Shown: in pieces, positions 1 to 11,363 of the stretch
Position numbering within the stretch: position 1 is the first letter of the stretch
Layout: every line of letters begins with the position of its first letter
From: a virus
Length of the DNA: 64,000 bases
Strand: one strand, 5' to 3'
Virus record (IMG/VR): IMGVR_UViG_3300044712_001062
Span: 32,001 to 96,000 of that record
Made by a program: the position numbers and the translations under genes
Notes under the pieces: model-generated
Database searches by the model: none
The model's input: only the letters and a program-made list of their open reading frames with translations
Told to the model about the DNA's origin: nothing

Positions 1-831
1 CAATCGAATATCCTCTTCATTAACCTGATATAATCCTGCTTCTTCAGGAGTTTTACAGCACGAACACTTCAAATATTTATTTTCTGTGCATGTTGGTGGA
101 TATTCCTTGACATTTTGCAAATCATATATTTTTTTCTCCACCGTAGCATCCCGCTTAAAGTCTAAATAATTAATTTCTTTGGTTTGGGGATTAATCAAAC
201 AACCACAAACAATATCCCAATCTTTGAACTCATCTAAATTTTTCAAGATAATTTTATAAAATGTCAATTCATCCTTGATGTTATCCTGGGTAAACTTACT
301 TTGTATAGAACTTTTACCCGTCTTATATTCGTCAATAATCAATTGTTTGCGACCTTCTACTACACCATCCACAATTTTATTGAATGTTCGTTCACTCAAG
401 GTAAAGCCAACATCCTTGGCCATATAAGATAGCATACCAGGAGATACTCTATCATTCCGATCAATGACACCACGAATCTTAAGTCCATGATGATAATACA
501 TTTGCTCGGTGGATACTGGCAAAAAGTATTCACGACCACCCTTAACCAATCGCTTATATTCTTGATCAATAAACCACTTAAGCATATCAACTTCATATGG
601 TGCAAATGATGGATGTATGAAACTATACCAATTGACTGGATCTACTTCCAATGCGTATTTGTGGAATGTTTCGGCAAAATTATGAAAACGGCTTCCCACG
701 GCCATTGAAAAATTCTGCGGATCCTTTTCACCAAGCACATAATTATGATAATATTTTTTTGGACAATACTTCATCAAACTCAAGCGACTTTTGCTTGTAT
801 AATCCTTATATTGATCTACTTCATCACTCAT
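1..831 (-). CDS. Cas4/AddB-like PD-(D/E)XK exonuclease (3' end runs off the window; not in the supplied ORF track)
   Basis: Manual translation from ATG 831: MSDEVDQYKDYTSKSRLSLMKYCPKKYY...GSRFH...IRGVIDRND...IIDEYKTGK...ELTFY...CTENKYLKCSCC. Shows the S-x5-CP, GxxxH, G-x-ID, DxKTG motifs and C-terminal Cys typical of Cas4/AddB nucleases. No stop before position 1. Confidence 0.85.
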   Translation of the reverse strand, partial: MSDEVDQYKDYTSKSRLSLMKYCPKKYYHNYVLGEKDPQNFSMAVGSRFHNFAETFHKYALEVDPVNWYSFIHPSFAPYEVDMLKWFIDQEYKRLVKGGREYFLPVSTEQMYYHHGLKIRGVIDRNDRVSPGMLSYMAKDVGFTLSERTFNKIVDGVVEGRKQLIIDEYKTGKSSIQSKFTQDNIKDELTFYKIILKNLDEFKDWDIVCGCLINPQTKEINYLDFKRDATVEKKIYDLQNVKEYPPTCTENKYLKCSCCKTPEEAGLYQVNEEDIRL

Positions 832-858
832 GATCGTAAAAAAGATAAATGGAGATGC

Positions 859-1680
859 TCAAAAGAACTTTACGCCGGTTCGCTCACTAATAGCAGCCTT
901 GATAGAATCAAATGTTGGATTCTCAATCTCAAATCCCTTAAGATTACCATAATTAGTGCCAGTCACTTTAAAGATTCGCTTATCTCCAATCATCATGACC
1001 TCGCCATAAAATTCAAAGAGATAACCACTACCTTTCTTTGCATCCATTATTTTGATGCCAGTATCTCCTTCATTATTAAACACACTTTTCATCCACATCG
1101 TGCAAACCAAATTCATCTTCGTTTGCTGGAGTAATTCACCAATGGTAAGATATTTGGCCTTTGCCTTTCCATACTCAAACATATATGGCTTTCCAGTCTT
1201 TGGATCTTTCTTGACAGTTGGTGAGTTTTCAAACCAATCCGCGACCCATTGTGACACCGATGAATAACTATCAAATACAATGGTTCCCTTTTCAAGATTC
1301 TTAACTTTCTGCAAAACATCGTGAATATAATCAATGGCCTTGACCTTATCAAAATCACCATTCTCATCACGAACTTTCTGCATGATATTTACATAATAAA
1401 CATCAGTGAGATCTCCCATCTGTTTAAGTGTAATGTCCTCTTTATTTTCAGTGCTAAAGATGTAAATTGGCCTTGGAACATTAAAAGCCAGCGTACTCTT
1501 GCCGCATTTGTCATCTCCATATATCCCAAGTTTAAAAGATCTCACACCAGGAATATTTACCGCTGGTTCAAAATAATCCCCAAATGGATTAGAAGATCCT
1601 ATACCCTTCTCAACTTTTGGAGAATCAACAACCTTCGATGGCGCTGCCTCCTTAACATCGCTTTCTTCCCATTTCGTCAT
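859..1680 (-). CDS. AAA_24/Sak4-like P-loop ATPase (putative phage recombinase / single-strand annealing protein)
   Basis: Walker A GIYGDDKCGKST and Walker B IVFDSYS; lies between an SSB-like gene and a Cas4-like exonuclease, the usual Sak4 context. Confidence 0.75.
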   Translation of the reverse strand: MTKWEESDVKEAAPSKVVDSPKVEKGIGSSNPFGDYFEPAVNIPGVRSFKLGIYGDDKCGKSTLAFNVPRPIYIFSTENKEDITLKQMGDLTDVYYVNIMQKVRDENGDFDKVKAIDYIHDVLQKVKNLEKGTIVFDSYSSVSQWVADWFENSPTVKKDPKTGKPYMFEYGKAKAKYLTIGELLQQTKMNLVCTMWMKSVFNNEGDTGIKIMDAKKGSGYLFEFYGEVMMIGDKRIFKVTGTNYGNLKGFEIENPTFDSIKAAISERTGVKFF

Positions 1681-1983
1681 GTTAAAATTCCACTACTAAA
1701 TTTTTAGTTTGTAGAATATAATGTTGTCTTTGATTAGATATAAAGATAGTGTATACAATGTAAGTTATAAAAGTTAAAATCGAAAAATAAAATGTTTAAT
1801 CATCAAAGCGCGAAAAAATAATAAAAAAAGTTAAAGTATTCAATATGCATAGAGTGCTTTAGTGATGTTCAAAATTGTTGTTGATAAAGTAAGCAACTCA
1901 TCAAAATCACCACTAATTGATTCTCCCTTCATTCTTTCATAAAGAATATTGAGAATTTCATCACCAATATCATTCATAAAAGT

Positions 1984-2184
1984 TTATTCCTTTAATTTCC
2001 ACTGACCACACTTGAAATTCTGTGGATAATCTTCAATTTGTTCCCATTTAGGATTCAATGTGCATTTAAACCTCTTCGTATTATCACTCCCACCAAATCG
2101 ATGCTCACAAGTAATGCAAAATTTATTACCATTGGTGGCAGCCTTTGCCGCTTCAACCAATTCACTCTCATTTTTAACAGCCAT
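1984..2184 (-). CDS. Small Cys-rich hypothetical protein
   Basis: CITC...C...C motif; AAAGG RBS-like sequence upstream; co-oriented with the operon. Confidence 0.6.
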   Translation of the reverse strand: MAVKNESELVEAAKAATNGNKFCITCEHRFGGSDNTKRFKCTLNPKWEQIEDYPQNFKCGQWKLKE

Positions 2185-2221
2185 GATATATTACCTTTAT
2201 ATTTTTCAAAAAAATTAAGGA

Positions 2222-3424
2222 TTAGAGCAATCCTTTGTCGCGAAGTCTTTGAAGCACTGCATCTTTACCGGCATCACGGTTACGGATGACTCCCCAAAGT
2301 TCGTAATACTGGATCATTTCATCCTTATCGTTTTTGAACTGCATCTTACGTCCAACAACAACAACTTCATCACCAATGTTCAGTTCTTCAACATCTTCAA
2401 CAACCGGCAGATAATTAGACTTCATTCCAATTCCGCCGATCAGGTCATCACTATTAATTCTGATTCGTGCTGAAAGACCATCGCCCTCAATCTTCTTCTG
2501 CTGGATAGAACCTGAAGTCGCAAATACAGTTCTTGGATCGGCATCCATCAAAGCATTGAGGTCCATCCAGTGTTCAGTAGTCTGAAGCACTCGCATTGCC
2601 GTTTCATATGCCTTGTCGTAAACACCCTTATCTTCATGACCAAGATCAAATATACTCCAGGTCGTCCCATACTTATTTGCATAGAGAATGCTCTTGCGAC
2701 CAACCTTTGGAACATGACGGAAATCCTTGTTATCTCTATCCCATGGCAAGTTCGCAATTACAAAATCTTCCTTATTTTCATCAACAGTCTTAACAATCTT
2801 ACCATCTTTACCGACAGCACACTGTTCAACTGCAGTGATGATCATTGGGACTTTAACACGAAGAACGGTCTCAATTTCCTCGCCAAACTTCTTATTCTCC
2901 TTGGTTACCGTTGCACCACTTTCATCCTTGTAAGTTGTCTCACGCTCGCTTTCCAGGGGAATTGGATAATCCTTACCGTCCTTTGACTTACCAATCTTGA
3001 TTTTACCACTGGTGATCCACTGGTTAATCATTTCTAGATTTGGAGCATGATTCTTCTCTACATACTCACCAGTTTCGACATCCTTCTCTTTCCAAGTTCC
3101 ACCATTCAAATATCTGTAATACCACTTGCGAATGTCATTCTTCTTGTAGTCGTTCTTATCTTCATACTTGGAAACACCAAGAACAATTGCATATAGCCCC
3201 TTGTTCTTACCTTTCTCAAATTCACTCTTCGCGTATTCAAAGCCACTTGGTCTGAACAAACTTGACACATTGGCAGTTACAATTTTCTCAACTTCAGCAT
3301 CGATGTGTTCAGCATCATAAAACGTGGCCAATTCCACCTTAATTTTTGCTGAATATTCTTCGATCTTCTTCTTAACTACAGCCTCATCAACTGTATATCT
3401 CTCGGCAATTGCTTTATAATCCAT
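2222..3424 (-). CDS. Putative OB-fold ssDNA-binding (RPA/SSB-like) protein
   Basis: 400 aa. The C-terminal pattern GSIQQK...ARIRINSD...LNIGDEVVVVGR resembles an OB fold. First gene of the recombination module. Confidence 0.5.
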   Translation of the reverse strand: MDYKAIAERYTVDEAVVKKKIEEYSAKIKVELATFYDAEHIDAEVEKIVTANVSSLFRPSGFEYAKSEFEKGKNKGLYAIVLGVSKYEDKNDYKKNDIRKWYYRYLNGGTWKEKDVETGEYVEKNHAPNLEMINQWITSGKIKIGKSKDGKDYPIPLESERETTYKDESGATVTKENKKFGEEIETVLRVKVPMIITAVEQCAVGKDGKIVKTVDENKEDFVIANLPWDRDNKDFRHVPKVGRKSILYANKYGTTWSIFDLGHEDKGVYDKAYETAMRVLQTTEHWMDLNALMDADPRTVFATSGSIQQKKIEGDGLSARIRINSDDLIGGIGMKSNYLPVVEDVEELNIGDEVVVVGRKMQFKNDKDEMIQYYELWGVIRNRDAGKDAVLQRLRDKGLL

Positions 3425-3790
3425 GATATAGATCCTTAACTTTCTCGATTTCTTACATGCACAATTGAATGTGCGAGGTTTTTAAAACCCAATTTAGTTT
3501 GTGGGTATTACTAATGTTTGTGTTGAAGTTATAAAAAGATGATCATAGATGCCCATTAAAAAGTATAAAATTGTTAAAATTTAACCTAATATTTCTCGAA
3601 CCCGCATACCTTACCAGTTCGATCCACCATTTTTCCCTTCAACGAACAATATGATATAGTGATCAATTTACCACACCTCGAAATATATTCCATGCCAACC
3701 CTATCTATATACCCACAATCACCACAACATGAAGGCCCAACATATTGATCGCTTTGAAATTCAACGCCAATTTGCTCAATCATATTCCAC

Positions 3791-4171
3791 CTATTTTTCA
3801 ATCTTAATTCCAGTATATCGGTAATTTTCAATTCCTTTCATTGCTTCATCAGTTCGCTTCATATAATAAGCCTTGTTGAAAACCTTAACCCTAAACAGCC
3901 AGTGTTCTTGCCTAACCATAATTTCATACAAATAGTGCCTGGCTAAATGTCTTGTTATACCAAACTTATCTATAAAATCAGTAGTTTGAAGCACCCAGTC
4001 CCATTCCCACTCATTATGATAAAAATCCATAAATCTCTGATACAAACTTCCGTCAAAAAAACAGCAAGGAACCAACTCAACTCTTCGTTTCTTACACGAA
4101 CCATCTTCCTTTATATACTTGCAGAACTTACATTGTGGTTCCACGATATTAGTATTTAAGTTCTTCTTCAT
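3791..4171 (-). CDS. Hypothetical protein (N-terminal Cys cluster, possible wHTH)
   Basis: 126-aa ORF with a TATA-like sequence upstream (~4198-4205). Confidence 0.65.
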   Translation of the reverse strand: MKKNLNTNIVEPQCKFCKYIKEDGSCKKRRVELVPCCFFDGSLYQRFMDFYHNEWEWDWVLQTTDFIDKFGITRHLARHYLYEIMVRQEHWLFRVKVFNKAYYMKRTDEAMKGIENYRYTGIKIEK

Positions 4172-4307
4172 TACCTTTATATATCCAATTAATAGTATTT
4201 AAAGTTTACCATCCAATTTATATATAGTAAATGAATTTGACACTTTTATTTAAAGATTGTGCAATGTAATGACCTTAAACACTACATTTTTATACAAGTT
4301 GTTACAT

Positions 4308-4382
4308 ATTTGTATGTGCCACAAGGTAACAAGACTACTAAAGCAAGGAGTGGGATCCTTTCTTTATTTGTTTTGTTTAGAG
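4308..4382 (+). ncRNA. Dispersed hairpin-RNA element, copy A
   Basis: TTTATACA 4289-4296, 11 nt, ATTTGTATGTGCC. Hairpin AACAAGAC/GUUUUGUU + UAAAG/CUUUA + AAGGA/UCCUU. Ends GTTTTGTTTAGAG. Confidence 0.7.
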
Positions 4383-4517
4383 TATGTGGTAATCGACTTG
4401 TTTTCCCGAAATTAACCATGTAGATTACATTCTCCATATGGGCGTGGGGTTTTCCAAGTTTCAAAAAAGTTTGTATATGGGCTTTGAGTTCTCCACATGG
4501 GCATTATATTTTAGATA

Positions 4518-4826
4518 TTATATTTTTCTTTTTTGGCTTTTGATATTTTTTTGTTTGCGAAGATCGATCATTGTGACATTTGTTGGCGTGGTGAAAGTTT
4601 TGAAACCCCTGCTACACACCGTATGGAAGTAGTTTCGGCTAACCTTGACACTGGGAAACTGCTCAACAAACGCATGGTATATGGCATATTCGACAACTTC
4701 ATCTATATCATATTCAATGCCGAAGTCCCGGACAAAGTCCCTTATGCGTTCGCTCTTGAAGCCTGGGCCATTATCCTCGATGGCCAATGAAGCGAGAAAT
4801 TTGTAAAATTCATCAAGGCGCTCCAA
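4518..4826 (-). CDS. Hypothetical protein
   Basis: 102-aa ORF with GAGGTG RBS upstream of a TTG start. Confidence 0.65.
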   Translation of the reverse strand: MERLDEFYKFLASLAIEDNGPGFKSERIRDFVRDFGIEYDIDEVVEYAIYHAFVEQFPSVKVSRNYFHTVCSRGFKTFTTPTNVTMIDLRKQKNIKSQKRKI

Positions 4827-4958
4827 AATTATACACCTCGAAATATAAAAATTGAACCTATATTAATCATCTATAGGAAAGTGCTCATTACCTATATATA
4901 AATGTTTGGTAACAATGTTACACGATTATTTACAATTTGTGAGTAAAAAATGAAAAAT

Positions 4959-5378
4959 TTAAATGGTCAATCTGATCATTTCACTCATGCCGAATTTTGT
5001 GTCGTGGTGATATGAGCAAACTTTAGCATTGAATGAGATTTTATCCCCAGGTTTGATATCATTAAGCATTAAATATGAAAGTTGATTGACATTTTGAATG
5101 TAGGTGTGATTAGTCACATATTCACCATCGATCATCAAGTCGCCCACCAGTGCATATTTTGAATTGTTACGGTAATGGACACAACCCTTTTTAATGAATC
5201 GCCCAGTGCAATTTACCCAACCCTTATCAAGGAATTTCTTGAGGTATTCACGGCGCTTAAACGAATCATTAGTCACACTTTCATGAGATCCACAGACACA
5301 CCCGTTAATTTGAAATTCATCCTCGATGGTAGTTTTTCCACATTTTACACATTTGACAATTGGTATGCCTTTAATCAT
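4959..5378 (-). CDS. Hypothetical protein, N-terminal Zn ribbon, possible C-terminal OB fold
   Basis: CVKC...CVCG; TTAAATAG box about 22 nt upstream (leaderless). Confidence 0.65.
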   Translation of the reverse strand: MIKGIPIVKCVKCGKTTIEDEFQINGCVCGSHESVTNDSFKRREYLKKFLDKGWVNCTGRFIKKGCVHYRNNSKYALVGDLMIDGEYVTNHTYIQNVNQLSYLMLNDIKPGDKISFNAKVCSYHHDTKFGMSEMIRLTI

Positions 5379-5460
5379 GAATGAAATGTTAGCAGCAAAA
5401 CTATTTAAGTTTAACTATTTGTATGCGGCAAAAGTTTCCTAACAAAAGATCCCAGAAATA

Positions 5461-5524
5461 CTCTAAACAAAACGAAAGAAAAGAAATTTCTTCTTTCTGT
5501 CTTGTTCGTGGGGTACATACAAAT
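5461..5524 (-). ncRNA. Dispersed hairpin-RNA element, copy B
   Basis: Minus strand: TTTATATA (5543-5536), 11 nt, ATTTGTATGTACCC. Hairpin GAACAAGAC/GUUUUGUUU + GAAAGAAGA/UUUUCUUUC. Ends GTTTTGTTTAGAG. Confidence 0.7.
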
Positions 5525-5973
5525 ATATCTTAACTTATATAAAAACCTTGTGACACGAAACAGTTTTGTGAGGTGAACGGATATAACAGGCTACATTTCC
5601 ATATTCTACTTTTCGTTTATACCAAATGTCGTATTCGTCTACAAATTTCATTAGATCGCCTGGACAAACTTTAATCCATTTAGGATCTGTTGGTAGTTGA
5701 TCAGAGATAATAATACTTTTATTACTTTCGATTTTTTCAAAGCGAGTTTTGAGATGCTTTAATTTTCCATACTTCAAATTATGAGTAATAATGTTCATTT
5801 AGGTTCTCCAAGTTATCAATGTTCAGGCAGTAATTTATATTCAATTTTATTGGTTATATCCCTCATTATCATTTCATAGGATATGCCAAATGTTCGTGAT
5901 AGTCCATAGATGTAGGCTGATGCATTTTCAATCTCATCATTATAAGTTTCGGACTTTAACATTGGTGATTACC

Positions 5974-6447
5974 TCATACAAGTATGTTTGAATGATTTCT
6001 ACCAAGATGCCTATCATATTTAACTGGTTCATCGCAGTAAAACATGTCAAGTTCAGAATATTCTGAAAATGTCGTGGTTGTCGATCTACAAGGTTCTTTG
6101 ACATTTTCCAATTTCATTCGCTCGCGATTACTTTTTGCGATTTTTCCATGGCCATTACAAGTTAGGTAATTTTTATCATACCATACTTTAATTTCACTAC
6201 CCAATTTATATTGGTATTGATGAATGCGAGACCAATTACCAGTGGCAAGTTTTACGTGCTTAACTTCATCGCTAACTTTTATTAGCAAGCCTTTGGCAAG
6301 TAACTTACGGTGTAATGATATAGTATATTCACTGTCTAATGTTTCCAAATCGTTGAATGAAAAGGAATTGTTTAGGTATTTTTGGCAAATTTTAGATAAA
6401 ACTTCACTATATATCCAAAATGTATTGCCATGGGGGCGTCCTGCCAT
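5974..6447 (-). CDS. Hypothetical protein (possible winged helix)
   Basis: 157-aa ORF preceded by the ACTTGGAGAAC RBS motif. Confidence 0.65.
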   Translation of the reverse strand: MAGRPHGNTFWIYSEVLSKICQKYLNNSFSFNDLETLDSEYTISLHRKLLAKGLLIKVSDEVKHVKLATGNWSRIHQYQYKLGSEIKVWYDKNYLTCNGHGKIAKSNRERMKLENVKEPCRSTTTTFSEYSELDMFYCDEPVKYDRHLGRNHSNILV

Positions 6448-9400
6448 TTTAGTTCTCCAAGTTGTAATTTTTTGTCATAAATAAAATAGAGGTGTAATGG
6501 TTATATACTTTTCGATTTTATATAACATTAAGGAGGAATTTAAGGCATAAATTGGCTTCATTATTATCTTTACATTTAAATGATAGGAAATTTGAATCAT
6601 CAATTCTATCAGCGCGGATATAAATATGATCTTCGCGGGTTGATAAGGCCAAGATGTCTGAACGTCTAATTACAATGGTTGTTGGGACTGGTGTATTGGT
6701 AATGTCGAATGTTAACCATTTATCATTAGTTTCGATATTTGCAAATGAAAATTCCATAATTGGTTCTCCAAGTTATAAAGTTGTACATGTATTGATAAAA
6801 ATACAATGTGTATACATGGTAATGAATGGTTACTATGCATTCACGTAGTAATTATGTTCACGGGTTCATTATACTTTTTAAATTTCTTGTTCATCAAATC
6901 TTTCAACATCTTCTTTGTGAAGATAGTATGAAGTATTGATGAATTTTTTAAATGTTTCAAAGTAATCTGGATGAAATGTGATGACTTTAGTAGTATCTGA
7001 ATGTTCTGGGGATTCTTTTACAGTTATTTCAATCATATCTTCATATGTCTGAATTTCAAATTTAAGAGTGCAACCGTAATCAGCATAAATATTATAGTTC
7101 ATAGGGTTCTCCAAGTTATAAAATATAGTTCTTAAAGTATAAAAATCTAATCATTCTATGTAGTTTAATACATGAGATTGTTGCCAGGCTTGAAGATCAA
7201 GGGATTTGCCATTTAAATTGTATAGCGGTTTGAAATTATCGCAGCGGAAAACCTGCAGGATGAATTTTCTATATATAAAATTTTGATCACAATTCTGGCA
7301 TATTTTACAGCATTCAATGGGATATTTAAACATTTAATTTTCCTTTTTTGATTTTTTTAATTGTTTAATGAGGGGTTTTCGCTTTGGCTTATCCATAACA
7401 TACTTGCACCATGTGTGATCGTTTAATTGTTCAATTAGATGCTCACATCCTTCACAATCGTTAATTCGTTGATTTAGTGATCGCATTGGGCAATAAAGGA
7501 TGTGATTGTGGTAAATTTTATTTTCCAACATAGAGTTTATCCAAGTTGATAGTTATTTTGGTTCATAACAATCGGATTCTTCAAGGTTCATATTCGCGTA
7601 TGATTGATTTGTAGATTGTGGGTGTGTCATGTAATTGCGGTAACATGTGGCAAATTTAGGGCAATATACGTTTGTGCATAATGTTAGATCCATAATGGTT
7701 CTCCAAGTTATAGATATATATATGTTTGTTTAATAATTATATTTTTGCTCCATGTTTTGTAATCCACGACGTTCACCAAATGCATCTTTTGGATTTCCTG
7801 ATATAGCATCTGGTAATGTGCAATCTATGTATTTTATATTTGCATTTGGAAATTCTTCTTGCAATGATTCCATTTTGTCAAGTGCCAATCTCCTTCCACC
7901 ACTTATCATTTTTGGATATTTACGAAATTCCATGATTATATTACCATCATAATTATAGAATTTAAAATTTGATATGTAATACCAAGAATATTGTTCATCA
8001 GCGTCATAACTTATAGTTATTTCGTGGCCAATATCTTCGATTCCATTAAAGGAGTCTACAGTATCTCTTATATTTTCACAAACGTCTGACATAGTCGAAT
8101 TTGATAAATTTCGTAGTATGGTTGATAATGATTTTATCATGATAATGATTCTCCAAATTACATTTTTTAAATTTAATAATTTTCACTACTTGTTGTTCTC
8201 ATAAATTCTAATTGACCATCGTTGTTTACGTGTAGATTGGTTTTATGGCATTTACACTGCAGCCAATGATGGTAGAGTAACATTACTTTTAGTTGATCGC
8301 TATTAATCATGTAAGTGGTTTGACATATGGGGCATTTAACTGAAATGACATTTGATGCAAGAATTGGTGTGATTACTGGAATATCATCATACATTTTATA
8401 TTCACCAATCATCATAATGGTGTGTAAATTTCAATGTAAAACTATCTGAATATGTTTTACCTTTCATTTCTTCGATTATCTGTTCACATGCACAAATAAT
8501 AATTTGCTTATGTGCTGTTGAAATATCAATGTTTTCCATAATATATACCATTATAATATATTCACGCCATATCCATAGCCTAATAAGAATGATAATATAC
8601 ATGCCATGATTACCAGGGTAATTGTAAATACTGTCCAATATGGTGAATCATGATCACCAAATGATGTGTGTGATAATTTCGTTATTGGTCCGGGCGTCAC
8701 TTTTTCAGAATTTGCTACAACAGTTTTATAAAATCCTGCAGCATGAACTCTTTTCATTACATTCTCTGGTAAATGTGGATTAGCGTTTTTAATACGATCT
8801 TCCCATTCATCATTTGATATTACACCATATTGTGGACTTGCACAACTAACTGGTGTATTATGTCTATTTGGATCGTCGTTAATCATACTTCCTCAATTAC
8901 TTCTTTTATGTTGATAATTTTCATGATGAATATGCATTGATTTGTTTTTCTAATAATACAATACCACATTGGAATGAACATACTTCATAATCACATGATT
9001 CGATATGACAACAATGAAGGGGTGAATTATCTCTAATTGTAATGGAATTATGCGTGCATTCTTTCTTACAATTATCACATAGAATTTGTCTCATTATAGT
9101 AATTTATAGGGTTTAAAAATATATTAAGGTTTGTAATTGATAATGGCCTTTGTTAATTTTTTGAATCCTGGTGTATCTGAAGTATATGTTATATTCATAT
9201 GTGATTTATTTTTCATCCATGAATCTGAACCTGTAATGCAATCTACAAGTTCAATGAGTTCACCAATAGACATTTGAATAGTAATTTGATTATCAGTCAT
9301 TTTTATAAATTTCCTCGCAATACATTAGAAAGGCATTTGCCAATCCTTCTTCAATGGTATCTGCTTTCATTACAAATTGATGGTATGTTTCTTGAATTTC

Positions 9401-10856
9401 ATCATTGTAATCCAATTCATCACCAAATAATACAGACATTACAAAATATTCAAATTCTTCAATACTTCGTGCTGGTAAATTTGAAACACCACGCAATTCA
9501 GCACATTTTAAAATTATTTCGTAAATTTCACCCATGATTAATAACCTCTATATAATTAATACGCTTCGATCATAAATATTCTAACATATGTTGAGATATT
9601 ATATACGTATAAATCTCCATATGACAAATTCCCTGCATGATATACTGATTCAGTGGGATTTAGTTCAGTAAATTCTACAAATGATAATTTGCTAACTAAT
9701 TTTTGAAATATCATTTTAGATGTAGTATTTTTAGATATAAATGATTTACTTCTTAAAATCCAAGAATCATCATTCATTTTTTCTTCTAAATACAAATATG
9801 TATCAACACCCATGATTAATAACCTCTATAATTTTAAATTTTTTGAAAATGTTTGTATTTACCAGCCGAAATCACTTTTTCCAATTACAAACCCAATATC
9901 AGCAATAGTAGTGATAACAACTTTACTATTATTCTCGTGTTCAATAAATATAGGTAAATTTCCATGAGTCTCAATTAGATAATTAAGATTGTTGATAAGT
10001 TCGCCTGCTAACATTTTATACCTCACATGACGGATCATTAGAACCATCTAAATACCAAGATGCATCTGAATCATACATGCAATTTAATGGAAGATTTTTA
10101 TCATCTGTTTCAAGGTAACATGTCCGAAAACATGCTTTGCATTTATAAAAATATGTGAATGTTGTCATAGTTAATCACTTATTATTCTTAAGTTGAAAAA
10201 CTTAAATGTATACTATTCGTTAAATTTCTTTCTTAATTTAAGATACAATTCATATTCTGCTTTTTCAACCGCATCTTTGTTAGCGGTTAGAATTTTAAAT
10301 TTCAAATCATCAAATTTTTCATGCATTTCACAATACAGTGACATTGAATCTTTAAGACCATTATCTCGGTTTAGTTCGATGACTTCGACTTCAAGATTAC
10401 ATGAATCATCAATATATTCAAATGAATCGATTGGATTACCTCTATCATTTAAAATTTTAGTAACAAACCAAATTCTACCTTTTAAAAAGGCATCATCATA
10501 CACATCGGCAAGTCTTGTTAATTTTTCAACTTTTATCATAGTTAATAACCTCTATAATTTTAAATTCGTATAACTTGAATGTTTATTTATGATATTTATT
10601 CTTAAAGTATAATTCTTTTTCCATTTCAAATTCATAAGCATCGAGCAATTCTTTATACATTCGCCCTTTCATTCCACAATCATGAAGGTGTGATTTAATA
10701 CATTGTTCGACATTATCAGAAATTTTCAGTTCATTATATATTTCATTTTTGATTTTATATGCTCGTTTTGATGAATTTAAATGAACTAAAAATTCGGTGA
10801 GGTATAATAATTTTTCTTTAATCATCATAGTATATTAGTTTTTAAAAAACTTAATT

Positions 10857-11363
10857 TTAACTGAATTCGCAGTACATTTGAAATTCGATCATACAATACT
10901 TGAGTTCTTGGATGAATTCATCAGCAGTAAATTGATGACCATATTCATCGATAATAATTTTTTGATCTGGGCAATCTATGAGGCATTTGGTAACCCATGC
11001 TTTATGTTTCATCATCGTCCATGTAAATGACGAGACACCTTGAACACCAATTAATGAAGTTGTATCATTACTATCGAAGCCTAATTCTTTATGAACCGCA
11101 CTATATCCACTTGAAGAACGCTGATTTCCACAATGTGGACATGACTTTAGAGATTTACTGGTATATGATTCATATTGCTCTTTGAACATACCTTTACTAT
11201 GAGCATATTGAGTGCAATTGGCTGATAGGTAAATTCCACAATCATAACAATATAGACCCGCAGCACTTCGTTTACCAATGTGAATGCGAGGATCATCCTC
11301 ATATAGTTCTAATGGATTTTCGATTTTATAGAAATTACAGCCCATTTTAATCAACTCGTCCAT
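10857..11363 (-). CDS. Zn-finger hypothetical protein
   Basis: HIGKRSAAG, CYDC and CPHC motifs; C-terminal IIDEYG...EFS. Confidence 0.7.
   Translation of the reverse strand: MDELIKMGCNFYKIENPLELYEDDPRIHIGKRSAAGLYCYDCGIYLSANCTQYAHSKGMFKEQYESYTSKSLKSCPHCGNQRSSSGYSAVHKELGFDSNDTTSLIGVQGVSSFTWTMMKHKAWVTKCLIDCPDQKIIIDEYGHQFTADEFIQELKYCMIEFQMYCEFS

Noticed and set aside
396-3255. Plus-strand and alternative-frame ORFs overlapping the recombination genes (e.g. 745-1134, 1321-1707, 2570-2986)
   Set aside because: Antisense shadows of well-supported minus-strand genes; no motifs or RBS. The same applies to most + strand ORFs listed between 3.9 and 45 kb and minus-strand ORFs within TerL and portal.
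4369-4382. GTTTTGTTTAGAG resembles the start of type II CRISPR repeats (GTTTTAGAG)
   Set aside because: Copies are dispersed rather than regularly interspaced, the motif forms the 3' arm of a hairpin, and no cas9 or tracrRNA is visible. No CRISPR array was found anywhere in the window.
6878-7114. ORF-track starts reading MEN... (7114, 40889, 42066)
   Set aside because: The TTG is part of the TTGGAGAAC RBS motif; real starts are the ATGs a few codons downstream.
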